Shown here: in pieces, positions 52,476 to 62,515 of the stretch
Layout of the letters: every line of letters starts with the position of its first letter
Numbering within the stretch: position 1 is the stretch's first letter
Assembly (NCBI GenBank): GCA_964384235.1
Contig: CAYLJX010000005.1
Location: forward strand, 5,289 to 69,288
Direction: 5' to 3'
From: an uncultured Bdellovibrionales bacterium
GTDB lineage: Bacteria; Patescibacteriota; Minisyncoccia; Moranbacterales; UBA1568
Length of the DNA: 64,000 bases
Notes under the pieces: generated by a model
What the model saw: only the letters and a program-made list of their open reading frames with translations
What the model was told of the DNA's origin: nothing
Databases searched by the model: none
Program-made: the position numbers and the translations under genes

Positions 52476-53078
52476 ATGCAAGAAACCAAAGAAACCAAAG
52501 AAACTTTAGTTCCTCAGGAAAATGTTCCGGAGGAAACAAAAAAAGATTCTTCCAAAGAAGGCCTGTTTGGGGCACTTCTGATGATTATCGTCATCGTGCT
52601 GATGATCGTGGCGCTTGGCCTCGTCGGATGGTACGGGTACGGGAAGTGGCAGGGAAAACAGGTAAAGGAACAGGCACCTTCGATTACGACGCTCAAATCG
52701 AACGGTTTTCAGCCGATGCAGGAAGAAAAACCCGAACAGACTGCGGCAGAGGAGCCGAAAAGGGAAGAAGTGAAACTGGAAGCCGTAAAAGACGCGAAGA
52801 CTGTCCAAATAAGTGTTCTCAACGGCGGGGCAGCCAAGGGGAGCGCTGGCGTGGTGGCGGATCTGCTCAAGAAGGAGGGGTATACGAAAGTGACCGCTGG
52901 CAACACGACGGCTGACTATACCGGAACGACGGTCTATTACGGGAGCGGCCTGGAGAAAGAAGCCGAGGCCCTGAAAACGAGCCTTGTCAAAAAGTACCCT
53001 CAAGCGACGATCAAACCGGCAGTAGCGACCAACAAGGAAACGACCACGGCCCCGCTTACGGTCATCCTCGGGAAGTAA
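52476..53078 (+). CDS. LytR_C (LytR/CpsA/Psr C-terminal) domain membrane protein
   Basis: N-terminal TM helix, then ...KTVQISVLNGGAAKGSAGVVADLLKKEGYTKVTAGNTTADYTGTTVYYG..., matching the LytR_C signature. Confidence 0.6.
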   Translation: MQETKETKETLVPQENVPEETKKDSSKEGLFGALLMIIVIVLMIVALGLVGWYGYGKWQGKQVKEQAPSITTLKSNGFQPMQEEKPEQTAAEEPKREEVKLEAVKDAKTVQISVLNGGAAKGSAGVVADLLKKEGYTKVTAGNTTADYTGTTVYYGSGLEKEAEALKTSLVKKYPQATIKPAVATNKETTTAPLTVILGK

Positions 53079-53109
53079 AGCGGTCAATACAAAAAAAAGA
53101 AGTGTACGT

Positions 53110-54651
53110 ATGAATCTGCGCGTCAAAGCGTTCCTAGCCATCGTCTTCGTGCTCGTCGTCCTGTTCTCGGCCTTATATGCCATCCTGTCGCGGGTTCTGA
53201 TTGCCGATTTTCTGGATATCGAGCAACGTGAGGCGATCGATCATGCCGCTCGCGTGACGGATGCCTTGGAAAACAAGACCGAGGAACTTTCTATCAAGCT
53301 GTCGGACTGGGGGCAATGGGATGACACGTATGCGTTCGTCCAGGATCGGAATCAGGAGTATATTGATTCCAACCTTCAGGATGCGGCGTTGCAGATCCTT
53401 CGCATCAATTTTGTTATCATTGCTGATAATAATGATCAGATCGTTTTTGAGAAACACGTCGACTCGGAAGGAAAAGCTCAACCGGTTCCCGAGAGTCTCA
53501 AGGGGTATTTTTCTCCAAGAAGCGCGCTCTTGAGCCATGAGAATGTCGAGCATGCCCATCGAGGTATCCTCGTGCTGCCGGAGGGAGCGATCATCCTCGC
53601 GTCCCGGACGATCACGTCGAGCGACGGGACAGCTGAACCGCTTGGAACGATCTCGTTCGCCTATTTCATCGATGAGGATGTCCTCGAACATCTCTCACAG
53701 CTCACGCATCTCTCGGTAGAGTTTGTTCCGTATGCCGGAGCCAGCCTCTCGGCCGATTATCAGAAGGCTTTTCATGCCGTTTCGCAGGAACAGCGTTCTT
53801 TTCTCCGTCTCGATGACGAACATTCCCTTTCAGCGTTCGCGCTCATGGACGATATCTTCGGTGAGCCGGCACTTTTGGTAAAAACGACGATGAGCAGGGA
53901 GGTCTACGAGAAAGGAAAAGGAACCGTCACGATCTTCTTCTGGGTGATGGCCGGGGTAGGAGCCACAGTCGTTTTCGTGGTGTTCCTCCTGTTCGAGTTT
54001 CTGGTGCTCAAGAAGATCTTCCGTCTCAACTGGGAAGTAGGCAAGATCCGTGAGAGCGGAGACCTGCGTACGCGTCTTTCCTATTATGGAAAAGACGAGT
54101 TTTCCAAGCTTTCCGACGCGATCAATCAGATGCTCTCGTCCCTTCAGCGGCTCGAGGTCAAGAAGCGCGAGAGCGAGGAGCGCTTCCAGGCCATCGCCGA
54201 TTCGGTACCGGTCATGATCTGGATAGCCGACCGCAAAGGGAACTTTACCTATGTCAACAAGACTTGGCTCGATTTCAGTGGTCGGACGATAGAGAGTGAG
54301 CTCGGCAGCGGCTGGAAGGAGCGCGTCCATCCGGATGACCTGACGGAAGTGGAGAAGATCACGGCGGAAACCGGAAAAAATCCCGTGCCGTTCCACGCCG
54401 AGACGCGTCAGCGCCACAAGGACGGAACCTATCGCTGGCTCTTTGTCACCGGTATCCCACAGTTCGATCGCCGTGGCGTTTTCAAAGGATATATCGGTTC
54501 CAGTGTCGACATCACCGAGCGCAAGGAGAATGAGGAAAAGCAGCAGGAGTACATCGGGGAGATCGAAAACATGAACAAGATCATGGTCGCCCGGGAGCTC
54601 AAGATGATCGAGCTCAAGGAGAAGATCCAGAGGATGCAGCATGACGGATAA
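53110..54651 (+). CDS. Membrane sensor protein: CHASE4-like periplasmic domain, HAMP, PAS; no transmitter domain
   Basis: TM1, a ~250-aa periplasmic region with WGQWDDTYAFVQDRNQEYIDSNL (CHASE4-like), TM2, a HAMP-like linker, then a PAS domain (GNFTYVNKTWLDFSGR...HKDGTYRWL). Ends by an 11-nt overlap with the next gene. Confidence 0.6.
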   Translation: MNLRVKAFLAIVFVLVVLFSALYAILSRVLIADFLDIEQREAIDHAARVTDALENKTEELSIKLSDWGQWDDTYAFVQDRNQEYIDSNLQDAALQILRINFVIIADNNDQIVFEKHVDSEGKAQPVPESLKGYFSPRSALLSHENVEHAHRGILVLPEGAIILASRTITSSDGTAEPLGTISFAYFIDEDVLEHLSQLTHLSVEFVPYAGASLSADYQKAFHAVSQEQRSFLRLDDEHSLSAFALMDDIFGEPALLVKTTMSREVYEKGKGTVTIFFWVMAGVGATVVFVVFLLFEFLVLKKIFRLNWEVGKIRESGDLRTRLSYYGKDEFSKLSDAINQMLSSLQRLEVKKRESEERFQAIADSVPVMIWIADRKGNFTYVNKTWLDFSGRTIESELGSGWKERVHPDDLTEVEKITAETGKNPVPFHAETRQRHKDGTYRWLFVTGIPQFDRRGVFKGYIGSSVDITERKENEEKQQEYIGEIENMNKIMVARELKMIELKEKIQRMQHDG

Positions 54652-56407
54652 GGAAATGGACAAAAAGAACGCCCCGGACGGGGACAATCTGGGGGGATTT
54701 CTCACGCCTGAACACGAGGAGCTCTTTGAGGGTCTTCAGAATTTCGAGGAAGGGTACATCGAGAATCTTCGTGAACGCAACCGGTTTCTGGAAGACACCC
54801 GTCGGGCGATTTTCAACATTCTCGAGGACGTGGCCGAGTCAGAGGAGGAGCTTCGCAAAAAGACGGATGAACTGGAAAAGTTCCGCAAAGCCGTCGATAC
54901 GAGCTTCGATCATACGATCATCACGGATCCCGACGGCATCATCCTGTATGCCAACCATGCCGCCGAGATCCTCACGGGATACACGAAAGAAGAGATGCTC
55001 GGCAAGCGTCCGTCACTCTGGGGGCACCAGATGCCAAAAAAATTCTACGAAATTCTCTGGAGAACCATCAAGGAAGAGAAGCAGAGCTATGTGGGCGAGC
55101 TCACGAACCGTCGCAAGGACGGGACGAAGTTCCTGGCAAGCATCCGTATCTCCCCTATCCTGGACAAGCAGGGGGAGATACGGCAGTACGTCGGCGTGCT
55201 TCGGGACATCACCGAGGAACGCAAGATCCAGCTCAAGATCATCCGTCATTCCACGGAACTGGAGAAGGCCAACGTCCGCATCGAGGAGGAAAAGGAGCGC
55301 GCCGAAGGCATCCTGCGCTTCCTCAAGTCCATCGGTGAGGGCGTCTTCGCGACTGACGCGGACGACCGTATCATCTTTATGAACGAGACGGCCGAAGTCT
55401 TCTCCGGGAAGAAGTTCGCCCCGGACGAGAGGCCGGCGTACAAGGAGATGTTCTCGTTCGAGCGCGGCGATCACCTGGAGAAAAAGTCCTTCTCCCCGGT
55501 GGCGCTCGCCTATTCCAAGGGCGCTACGATCGCTTTTCCGGAAAAATCGTATCTTTTGCAAGGGGAGAAACGTTTGCCGGTATCCGGTACCTCGTCGCTC
55601 ATTATGGACGGCAGCGGAAAAGTCATCGGCACCATCACAGTCTTCCAGGACGTGACCAAGGAGCGCGGACTGGAGAAGATGAAGGATAGCTTCCTCTCGG
55701 TCGCGGCGCATCAGTTGCGCACCCCGCTCGGGAGCATGCGCTGGAGCATGGAGATGCTTCTTTCCGGCGACCTTGGTAAGCTGCCCAAGGAGGCCAAAGA
55801 GGCCGTCGCGATGCTCTACGAGAACAGCCAGCGCATGGCGACCCTGGTGGACGACCTTCTTGATGTTTCCCGTATCGACCAGGGACGCTCCAAGGAGGCG
55901 ATCGAGGAAACGGATCTCCTGAATCTCCTGAAGCAGGTGATGGAGACGCTTGCCGGTGAAGCCGAAAAGCGCGTTGTCACTGTCGTGTCTCATTTTCCCA
56001 AGACCAGGAGTCTCCCGGTTTCCGTCGCACCCAAGCATTTTTATGAGGCCATGGAAAACCTCCTGTCCAACGCCATTAAGTACAACCGTCCTGATGGGTC
56101 GGTGACGCTCTCCGTCGAGGAAAAGGAAGGTAAACTTCTCATCCGGGTCGCGGATACCGGTATCGGCATCCCCAAGGATGATCAGGAGAAGGTGTTCGGG
56201 AAATTCTTCCGTGCCGGGAACGCCGTCCTCAAGGAGACGGAGGGTAGCGGTCTCGGTCTCTCCGTGGTAAAATCGTACGTGGAGGAGTGCAAAGGCCGCA
56301 TCTGGTTCGAAAGTGAGGAAAATATCGGCACGATCTTCTTCGTCGAACTTCCGTATCTCAAGAAAAAAACGGCGCGCCCACGAAAGAAACTGGAAAAGGG
56401 CGCTTAA
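54641..56407 (+). CDS. Cytoplasmic multi-PAS sensor histidine kinase
   Basis: PAS repeats; HisKA H-box SVAAHQLRTPLGSM; HATPase_c N, G1 and G2 boxes (NAIKYNRPDG, DTGIGIPKD, GSGLGLSVVK). Confidence 0.85.
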   Translation: MTDKEMDKKNAPDGDNLGGFLTPEHEELFEGLQNFEEGYIENLRERNRFLEDTRRAIFNILEDVAESEEELRKKTDELEKFRKAVDTSFDHTIITDPDGIILYANHAAEILTGYTKEEMLGKRPSLWGHQMPKKFYEILWRTIKEEKQSYVGELTNRRKDGTKFLASIRISPILDKQGEIRQYVGVLRDITEERKIQLKIIRHSTELEKANVRIEEEKERAEGILRFLKSIGEGVFATDADDRIIFMNETAEVFSGKKFAPDERPAYKEMFSFERGDHLEKKSFSPVALAYSKGATIAFPEKSYLLQGEKRLPVSGTSSLIMDGSGKVIGTITVFQDVTKERGLEKMKDSFLSVAAHQLRTPLGSMRWSMEMLLSGDLGKLPKEAKEAVAMLYENSQRMATLVDDLLDVSRIDQGRSKEAIEETDLLNLLKQVMETLAGEAEKRVVTVVSHFPKTRSLPVSVAPKHFYEAMENLLSNAIKYNRPDGSVTLSVEEKEGKLLIRVADTGIGIPKDDQEKVFGKFFRAGNAVLKETEGSGLGLSVVKSYVEECKGRIWFESEENIGTIFFVELPYLKKKTARPRKKLEKGA

Positions 56408-56426
56408 TCCGAGATAATCCCCGCAT

Positions 56427-56801
56427 ATGGCTGACACTAAGTATGTTTTGGTCGTGGAAGACGATCCGTTTTACGGCAATATCTACAAGACCAAGCTTTC
56501 CAAGGAAAAGATCGTCGCGGAAATCGCTCACAACGGCAACGAGGCGCTCAAGATCGCCCGTGAAAAGAAGCCGACGCTGGTCCTTATGGACCTCATCATG
56601 CCGGAGAAGGACGGCTTTGAGGCGCTCGCGGAATTCAAGGCGGACCCCGCCCTCAAGGATGTCAAGGTGATCATCCTCTCCAATCTCAGTCAGGAAGAGG
56701 ACATCCAGCGGGTCCTGGATCTCGGGGCGGCGGAATACCTGATCAAGGCGAACGTGCCGATCCAGCAAGTGATCATGAAGATCAAGGAGAATCTCGCGTA
56801 A
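56427..56801 (+). CDS. Single-domain response regulator (CheY/PilH-like receiver)
   Basis: VLVVEDDPFYG...LVLMDLIMPEKDG...KVIILSNL has the REC-domain D/D/T/K residues. Confidence 0.85.
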   Translation: MADTKYVLVVEDDPFYGNIYKTKLSKEKIVAEIAHNGNEALKIAREKKPTLVLMDLIMPEKDGFEALAEFKADPALKDVKVIILSNLSQEEDIQRVLDLGAAEYLIKANVPIQQVIMKIKENLA

Positions 56802-56825
56802 ACAGTCTTCTCTCGATATGCGTCT

Positions 56826-58520
56826 ATGAATGACATCCTCAATCAGGATGAACTGAAGAGCGTCCTCCTGGATTCCGGTATCGTGAGCGAGGAGCAGATG
56901 AGGATGGCGGAGGAGCGTATGCGGGAGGGAGGGACGCTTGCGGAAGCGCTTCTTTTTTACAGTTTCATCTCCGACGAGGAGCTCGGGCGGCTTCTCTCGG
57001 ATTCTCTGGGGCTCCCGTTCGTTTCCCTGCGGCAGGCGTTCATTTCGGACGAGGTGCTGCGGATCATCCCGGAAATCGTCGCCAAGAAACATCGGATCAT
57101 AGCCTTTGCTTTGGATGAAAACGGTCTTTCGGTGGCCATGGCCGATCCGGGCGATCTGGAAATACGAAATTTTCTCGAGAAAAAGACCGGGCTTCCGGTC
57201 AAGGTTTCCTATACGACCGAACGCGAGATCCGAAACGCGCTTTCCCTGTACAAGAAGGAACTGCAAGCGGCCTTTCAGGATATCCTGGTGTCGGATATCG
57301 AGTCGGCGGGGGAAGGCGCGGGCGAATCCGATCCGCCCATCATCCGCATCGTCGATACGCTGGTGGCGTATGCCTATGAGAACCGTGCCTCCGATATCCA
57401 TCTCGAGCCGCGCGAGGACGAGATGCTGGTCCGCTTCCGTATCGACGGTGTCCTTCATGACATCGTGAAGCTTCCGGCCACCCTGCATCCCCAGGTGATC
57501 GCCCGTCTCAAGATCCTCTCCAGTCTGCGTACCGACGAGCATCAGGTGCCGCAGGACGGCAAGATCGAGTTCGTCCTCGAGAACGGGGAGCATCTCGATG
57601 TCCGCGTCTCTCTCATCCCCACGACGGAAGGGGAGAAAGTCGTGCTCCGTCTCCTCTCGGATCGGTCACGGCAGTTCTCGCTCTCCAATCTCGGGATGTC
57701 CCGGGATACGCTCGAGATCCTCAAGGTCGCCTATGAGAAACCGTACGGCATGGTACTCGTCACCGGGCCGACCGGTTGCGGCAAGACGACGACACTCTAT
57801 TCGGTGCTCAAGCTTCTGAACCGCCGGGAGGTCAACATCGTGACGATCGAGGATCCGGTAGAATACGACGTGGAGGGCGTGAGTCAGATCCAGGTCAATC
57901 CGGACGTGGATCTCACCTTCGCGACGGGACTCCGCTCCATCCTCCGTCAGGATCCAAACATCATATTGGTCGGCGAGATCCGCGACGACGAGACGGCTGG
58001 CATCGCGGTGAACCTGGCCATGACCGGTCACCTCGTCCTCTCGACCTTGCATACCAACAACGCCGCTACGTCCATCCCGCGTCTCATCGACATGCATATC
58101 GAGCCGTTCCTCATCGCTTCGACGGTGAATGTCATCATCGCCGAGCGCCTGGTGCGGGAGATCCATGCCGCCTGCCGGGTGAGCGAGGAAATCGCAAGCA
58201 CGGAGCTTCTCGAAAAGATCGGGGAAAAACCGTACGCGAAAGTGTTCGGTCAGGCCGAGGAGGGAAAGAACATCCGTCTCTACCGCGGCAAGGGCTGCGA
58301 CGCGTGTCACGGGACCGGCTACGAGGGACGCACGGGTATCTTCGAGGCGCTTGTGCTCGATGACAGGCTGCGTGAGGCGATCGTCGATCAGGCTGATGCG
58401 GATACGATCGAGCGCCTGGCGGTCGAGAGCGGCATGCGGACGATGTTCGAGGACGGACTGCTCAAAGTGCAACAGGGGATCACGACGCTCGATGAAGTCT
58501 TGAGGGTGACGAAGGAATAG
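56826..58520 (+). CDS. pilB: Type IV pilus assembly ATPase PilB (GspE family)
   Basis: N-terminal T2SSE_N domain; Walker A GPTGCGKTTTLYSVL; Walker B PNIILVGEIRD; His box TGHLVLSTLHTN; tetracysteine-like CDACHG. Confidence 0.9.
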   Translation: MNDILNQDELKSVLLDSGIVSEEQMRMAEERMREGGTLAEALLFYSFISDEELGRLLSDSLGLPFVSLRQAFISDEVLRIIPEIVAKKHRIIAFALDENGLSVAMADPGDLEIRNFLEKKTGLPVKVSYTTEREIRNALSLYKKELQAAFQDILVSDIESAGEGAGESDPPIIRIVDTLVAYAYENRASDIHLEPREDEMLVRFRIDGVLHDIVKLPATLHPQVIARLKILSSLRTDEHQVPQDGKIEFVLENGEHLDVRVSLIPTTEGEKVVLRLLSDRSRQFSLSNLGMSRDTLEILKVAYEKPYGMVLVTGPTGCGKTTTLYSVLKLLNRREVNIVTIEDPVEYDVEGVSQIQVNPDVDLTFATGLRSILRQDPNIILVGEIRDDETAGIAVNLAMTGHLVLSTLHTNNAATSIPRLIDMHIEPFLIASTVNVIIAERLVREIHAACRVSEEIASTELLEKIGEKPYAKVFGQAEEGKNIRLYRGKGCDACHGTGYEGRTGIFEALVLDDRLREAIVDQADADTIERLAVESGMRTMFEDGLLKVQQGITTLDEVLRVTKE

Positions 58521-58635
58521 TGGAAAAATTCCTAATTCCCAATTCCTAATTTCTAATAAAAATCCCAATGCCTATTTTTGAAGTTAAAAAATTGGACATT
58601 TCATTGGGAATTGGAAATTAGATATTGGAAATTTT

Positions 58636-59694
58636 TTGAGTATGTTTTCTTCGGTCAGTCATTTGGAAAAAATGCTTTTCACCCGGGAGTTCTCGGTGCT
58701 CTTGAAGAGCGGTGTGCCGCTTCGCGAAGCGCTTGTTTCGCTTGAGGGGAAGGCACGGAGAGGAAGCATGCGCAAAGTCTTGCAGGATATCGAAAGCCAT
58801 ATCGAGAACGGCCAACCGCTCTCCCAGGCTCTTTCGCGCTTCCCCAAAGTCTTCGATCCGCTCTACGTGAACCTGGTGAGGATAGGTGAGGCGTCGGGGA
58901 CGCTTCCGGAGAACCTGGAGTTTCTCTCTCATGAACTCGACCAAGCCTATCAGCTTCGCAAGAAGATCCAAGGAATCCTTCTTTATCCGTCGATTGTCTT
59001 CACGCTGGCGCTTGGGTTAGGGGCGGCCATCAGTGTTTTCATCCTGCCGCGTCTCATCCGGCTTTTCGATTCTTTCGATGTCGCGTTGCCGCTCTCGACA
59101 CGTATCCTTCTCGGTGTCGCTTCTTTCATGGAAGCGAACGGAGTGCTTTTTTTCGCGGTTCTTTTTTTGTTCCTTATCGTATGGCGCGTGGTCGTGTCGC
59201 TTCGGACGGTCCGACCGTACTGGCACCGGTTTCTTCTTTCCCTTCCCGGCCTTGGAACATTCTTTCAGGACGTCGCCGCGGCGCGTTTCTGCCGTGATAT
59301 GGGCGTGATGCTCCGAAGCGGCCTGCCTCTCCTGGAGGCGCTTGAGACGGAGGAGCAGGTGATGGAGAACCGGGCCCTGGCCCGTCTTATCAAAGAGCTC
59401 TCCCGCGCGGTGGCGTCGGGACAGTCGCTCGCCGAAGAATTGGAACAGGAACGCTACGCGCTCATTCCGTCGCTTGCGGCGAAGATGATCTCTGCCGGCG
59501 AAAAAACCGGTCGTCTGGGAGAAACGTTTCTCTATCTGGAGAACTTCTTCGAGACGGAAGTGGATCGTCGCGTCAAGAACATGACCGTGCTGTTCGAACC
59601 GATGCTCCTTGTCGCGATCGGCCTCCTCGTCGCGTTTCTCGCGCTTGCTATTCTCACACCCATCTACTCTTTGACAGGCTCCGTGCATCGTTAA
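58636..59694 (+). CDS. pilC: Type IV pilus platform protein PilC (GspF family)
   Basis: Two GspF repeats with TM helices; LLYPSIVF and GEKTGRLGE motifs. Confidence 0.85.
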   Translation: MSMFSSVSHLEKMLFTREFSVLLKSGVPLREALVSLEGKARRGSMRKVLQDIESHIENGQPLSQALSRFPKVFDPLYVNLVRIGEASGTLPENLEFLSHELDQAYQLRKKIQGILLYPSIVFTLALGLGAAISVFILPRLIRLFDSFDVALPLSTRILLGVASFMEANGVLFFAVLFLFLIVWRVVVSLRTVRPYWHRFLLSLPGLGTFFQDVAAARFCRDMGVMLRSGLPLLEALETEEQVMENRALARLIKELSRAVASGQSLAEELEQERYALIPSLAAKMISAGEKTGRLGETFLYLENFFETEVDRRVKNMTVLFEPMLLVAIGLLVAFLALAILTPIYSLTGSVHR

Positions 59695-59698
59695 AACA

Positions 59699-60124
59699 AT
59701 GAAAGCATTCACTTTGATCGAAGTCCTTCTTACCGTGGCGCTTCTCTCGATCGTTGTACTCGTCGTCTCGCCGTTCATGGGACGATTTCTGTTCGCTCAG
59801 AATCTCCCGATCGCCGTCGATGAGCTGCGCGGCAGCCTCGTCAAGGCGAGAGAGTACAGTCTGCTGGGAAAGAATGGTTCGCAATGGGGCGTGGCGGTTT
59901 CCGGAGAGCGTATCATCCTTTTTAGTGGCGATACGTTCGCCGGTCGGGACGTGTCGTTCGATGAAACGTACGATATTCCGTCGGGAGTGACGCTTACCGC
60001 TTCGGACGAAGTCGTCTTCGCCCGAGTGAGCGGTGTCCCGAACACGTCCGTGTCCTATGCTTTTTCCCATGATTCCGAAACGAGAAACTATTCGTTGAAC
60101 GCCGCCGGTGTGCTCGGCGAGTGA
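59699..60124 (+). CDS. Type IV (pseudo)pilin-like protein
   Basis: Class III signal MKA|FTLIEVLLTVALLSIVVLVV (Ala at -1, Glu at +5). Confidence 0.7.
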   Translation: MKAFTLIEVLLTVALLSIVVLVVSPFMGRFLFAQNLPIAVDELRGSLVKAREYSLLGKNGSQWGVAVSGERIILFSGDTFAGRDVSFDETYDIPSGVTLTASDEVVFARVSGVPNTSVSYAFSHDSETRNYSLNAAGVLGE

Positions 60125-60163
60125 AAATACCATGTACATAACTTCTCACGGTCGTGACAAATT

Positions 60164-60652
60164 ATGTACAGGGAAGAAATGAGAAGTATGAGGAAGAGTT
60201 TTCAGAAAGGATTTTCGCTGATCGAACTTATACTCGCCGGGGCAGTGTTTAGCGTGTTCGCGTGGGGCGTGGTCGAGGTGCTCGCCTTCGGACTGGAGAA
60301 TGACGCGCTCGGCGAAGAGATGGGTATCGCCACCGCCTATGCGACGGAAGGGATGGAAGCGGTGCGGTCTATCAAAGCGAAGAGTTTCGATAATCTCGAC
60401 GTGACGGCGGCGACCGGTATCGATCGGGAGGACGGTGAATGGATCTTTTCCGGTACGGATAACACGGACGGTAAGTACACACGCGTCATCTCGGTAGTGG
60501 CGGTCGATCGGGACGGTGATGGCAACATCACGGAAAGCGGTGGAAGCGATGATCCCGATACGCGCAGGGTGACCGTGACGGTTTCATGGAACACTGCGCC
60601 TTCGCGTCCGGAGTCCGTGGTATTGGAAACATACCTCACACGCTGGAAATAA
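60164..60652 (+). CDS. Type IV minor pilin-like protein
   Basis: ...MRKSFQKG|FSLIELILAGAVFSV prepilin motif; the true start is probably the third in-frame ATG (60188). Confidence 0.7.
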   Translation: MYREEMRSMRKSFQKGFSLIELILAGAVFSVFAWGVVEVLAFGLENDALGEEMGIATAYATEGMEAVRSIKAKSFDNLDVTAATGIDREDGEWIFSGTDNTDGKYTRVISVVAVDRDGDGNITESGGSDDPDTRRVTVTVSWNTAPSRPESVVLETYLTRWK

Positions 60653-60669
60653 CTATCCCTGATCGCTTT

Positions 60670-61215
60670 ATGGACTTTACGGACTTGAAAAACTTTAAAG
60701 ACTTGAAAGGATTCACGCTCTTCGAAGTCATCCTTTACCTCGCCATCTTTTTTTTGATGGCGGTCGCCCTGTTGAATTTTTCCTGGGACATGCTGGACCT
60801 CGGGACCAAGGATCGGACGCTCCGGACGACCGTGTCCGATGCGCGCTTCATAAGCGAGCGGCTCACGTCGCTCATCCGAACCTCGTCCGGCGTGGATGAC
60901 GGTGCCTCGGTCCTGGATGATGACAATGGACGACTGGTGCTTACGAAGCTCGGTTCGAGTGATACGGTGACGATCGATATCCAGAACGGCCTGGTGACCG
61001 TGACGGAGACGGGGCAGCCGGCAATGGCACTTCACTCCGCTGATACGGAGGTGCCGATACTCAGGTTTCAGAAGTACGGCTCGGCCGCTGATGGTTCCGA
61101 GTATGCGGGATTCTCGTTTACGCTCCAGTCGGCCGGATCTGGAACGACCCGCGCTCCGTATGAGGCGACGACGACGCTTCGGGGCGGAGCGTTCTTGAGA
61201 AATAATGGTCTCTAA
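60670..61215 (+). CDS. Type IV minor pilin-like protein with extended leader MDFTDLKNFKDLKG|FTLFEV
   Basis: Internal ATG 60670; 14-aa leader then G|FTLFE(+5) and a hydrophobic helix. Confidence 0.65.
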   Translation: MDFTDLKNFKDLKGFTLFEVILYLAIFFLMAVALLNFSWDMLDLGTKDRTLRTTVSDARFISERLTSLIRTSSGVDDGASVLDDDNGRLVLTKLGSSDTVTIDIQNGLVTVTETGQPAMALHSADTEVPILRFQKYGSAADGSEYAGFSFTLQSAGSGTTRAPYEATTTLRGGAFLRNNGL

Positions 61216-61235
61216 TCCTGATTCTCGGAACCTTT

Positions 61236-61655
61236 ATGGACTTTACGGACTTGAAAAACTTTACGAACTCGAAGGGTTTTGTTGCAATCATCACCGTTCT
61301 GACGCTTCTCGTGTTCTCGCTTTCGCTCACGCTCGCGACCACGTACCTCTCCATCGGTGAGGCGAAAAGCGCCCTCGCGCTCTCACAGGGGGAAGCGGCA
61401 CTCGCGCTCACGGAAGGCTGTGCGGAGGACGCACTCATCCTGAGCGGACGTGACGAGAATTATACAGGAGGGAGCTATTCATATCTCGGCGGTGCGTGCG
61501 CGGTGGATATAAGCAAGGACCTTTTGGAGTGGACGATCGATGTCGTCGGTACCAGGGATGGTTTCGAACGGCACCTTGAAATCGTGGTGCTGCGCGTACC
61601 GGGCCTCCTCGGATTGCCGGCGACACTTACGCTTCAGAGCTGGCTCGAGAAATGA
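61236..61655 (+). CDS. Pilin-like protein with the same extended leader MDFTDLKNFTNSKG|FVAIITVL
   Basis: First 28 nt are identical to the 60670 gene; hydrophobic helix after KGF; no Glu at +5. Confidence 0.55.
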   Translation: MDFTDLKNFTNSKGFVAIITVLTLLVFSLSLTLATTYLSIGEAKSALALSQGEAALALTEGCAEDALILSGRDENYTGGSYSYLGGACAVDISKDLLEWTIDVVGTRDGFERHLEIVVLRVPGLLGLPATLTLQSWLEK

Positions 61656-61675
61656 AAAACGGGTAGAATACCTGT

Positions 61676-62515
61676 ATGTTTGAGAAAAAACGTTACGTAT
61701 TGTTCGTCGGAAAACGCTTCATCGAACCGGGGATGGTGACGCTTGGGAAAACCGCTTCGTTCGAGGGGGGTGAGGCTCTTTCCTATACGAGTGAAACGCT
61801 TGCCGATGCGCTGCGGAACATCCGGGAGAGAGCGACAGGAAAAGTCCGCGTGGTCCTGAGCGAAGAGTTGGTCTATGTGACGGAAATTTCCTTTCCCGCC
61901 GGTACCTCCGTCACTCGCGAATCGATCCGGGAGAAAGCGGAAGAATTCATTCCTGATGACTTGCATGATTCGCAGTGGGACTTTGAAACGCTTCACTATA
62001 CGGAGAAACGGAAGGAATCGGAAACCTTGGTGCAGGTCGCGATGATAGAGCGTTCGTTTGCCGAAGCGTTCAAGGCTGCGCTTGCGATCGCGCCCCTTCC
62101 TCTCGAAAGCGTCGTGCCGGAATCCTACGCCCTCGCGTCCTTTATGGCTGATCGGGGAGGCGTCTCGGTCATCGTGGAACGGGATCGCGAGTCGACGGTG
62201 CTGGTCGCGACGGAACAGGGATCGGTCATCTCGACGTATGTGCAGGATTCCGTGACGACAGATGGCCTCTCGCTCTTTCTTGGCTTCGTGAAGGGGAAAG
62301 GAAAAGAGGTCAAGCGGATCGTTTTCTCCCACTTTGCCGAAGAAGAAGTGGCGCCCTTCAGAATCTTTGAAGAGCAGGGGTATGAGGTTCTCGCGGAGAA
62401 TTACAATCCGCTCATCGGAGCGGCAGCGCAGGACATCTCCGGCCGTGACGAATCGGTACTCAACATCGATATCTTCCAGACAAACAAAAAGCCCTGGTGG
62501 AGGTTCCGGTCATAA
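61676..62515 (+). CDS. Hypothetical soluble protein in the pilus cluster (possibly PilM-like assembly protein)
   Basis: 279 aa with no TM helix; sits between the minor pilins and pilA where pilM often lies; weak similarity only. Confidence 0.3.
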   Translation: MFEKKRYVLFVGKRFIEPGMVTLGKTASFEGGEALSYTSETLADALRNIRERATGKVRVVLSEELVYVTEISFPAGTSVTRESIREKAEEFIPDDLHDSQWDFETLHYTEKRKESETLVQVAMIERSFAEAFKAALAIAPLPLESVVPESYALASFMADRGGVSVIVERDRESTVLVATEQGSVISTYVQDSVTTDGLSLFLGFVKGKGKEVKRIVFSHFAEEEVAPFRIFEEQGYEVLAENYNPLIGAAAQDISGRDESVLNIDIFQTNKKPWWRFRS

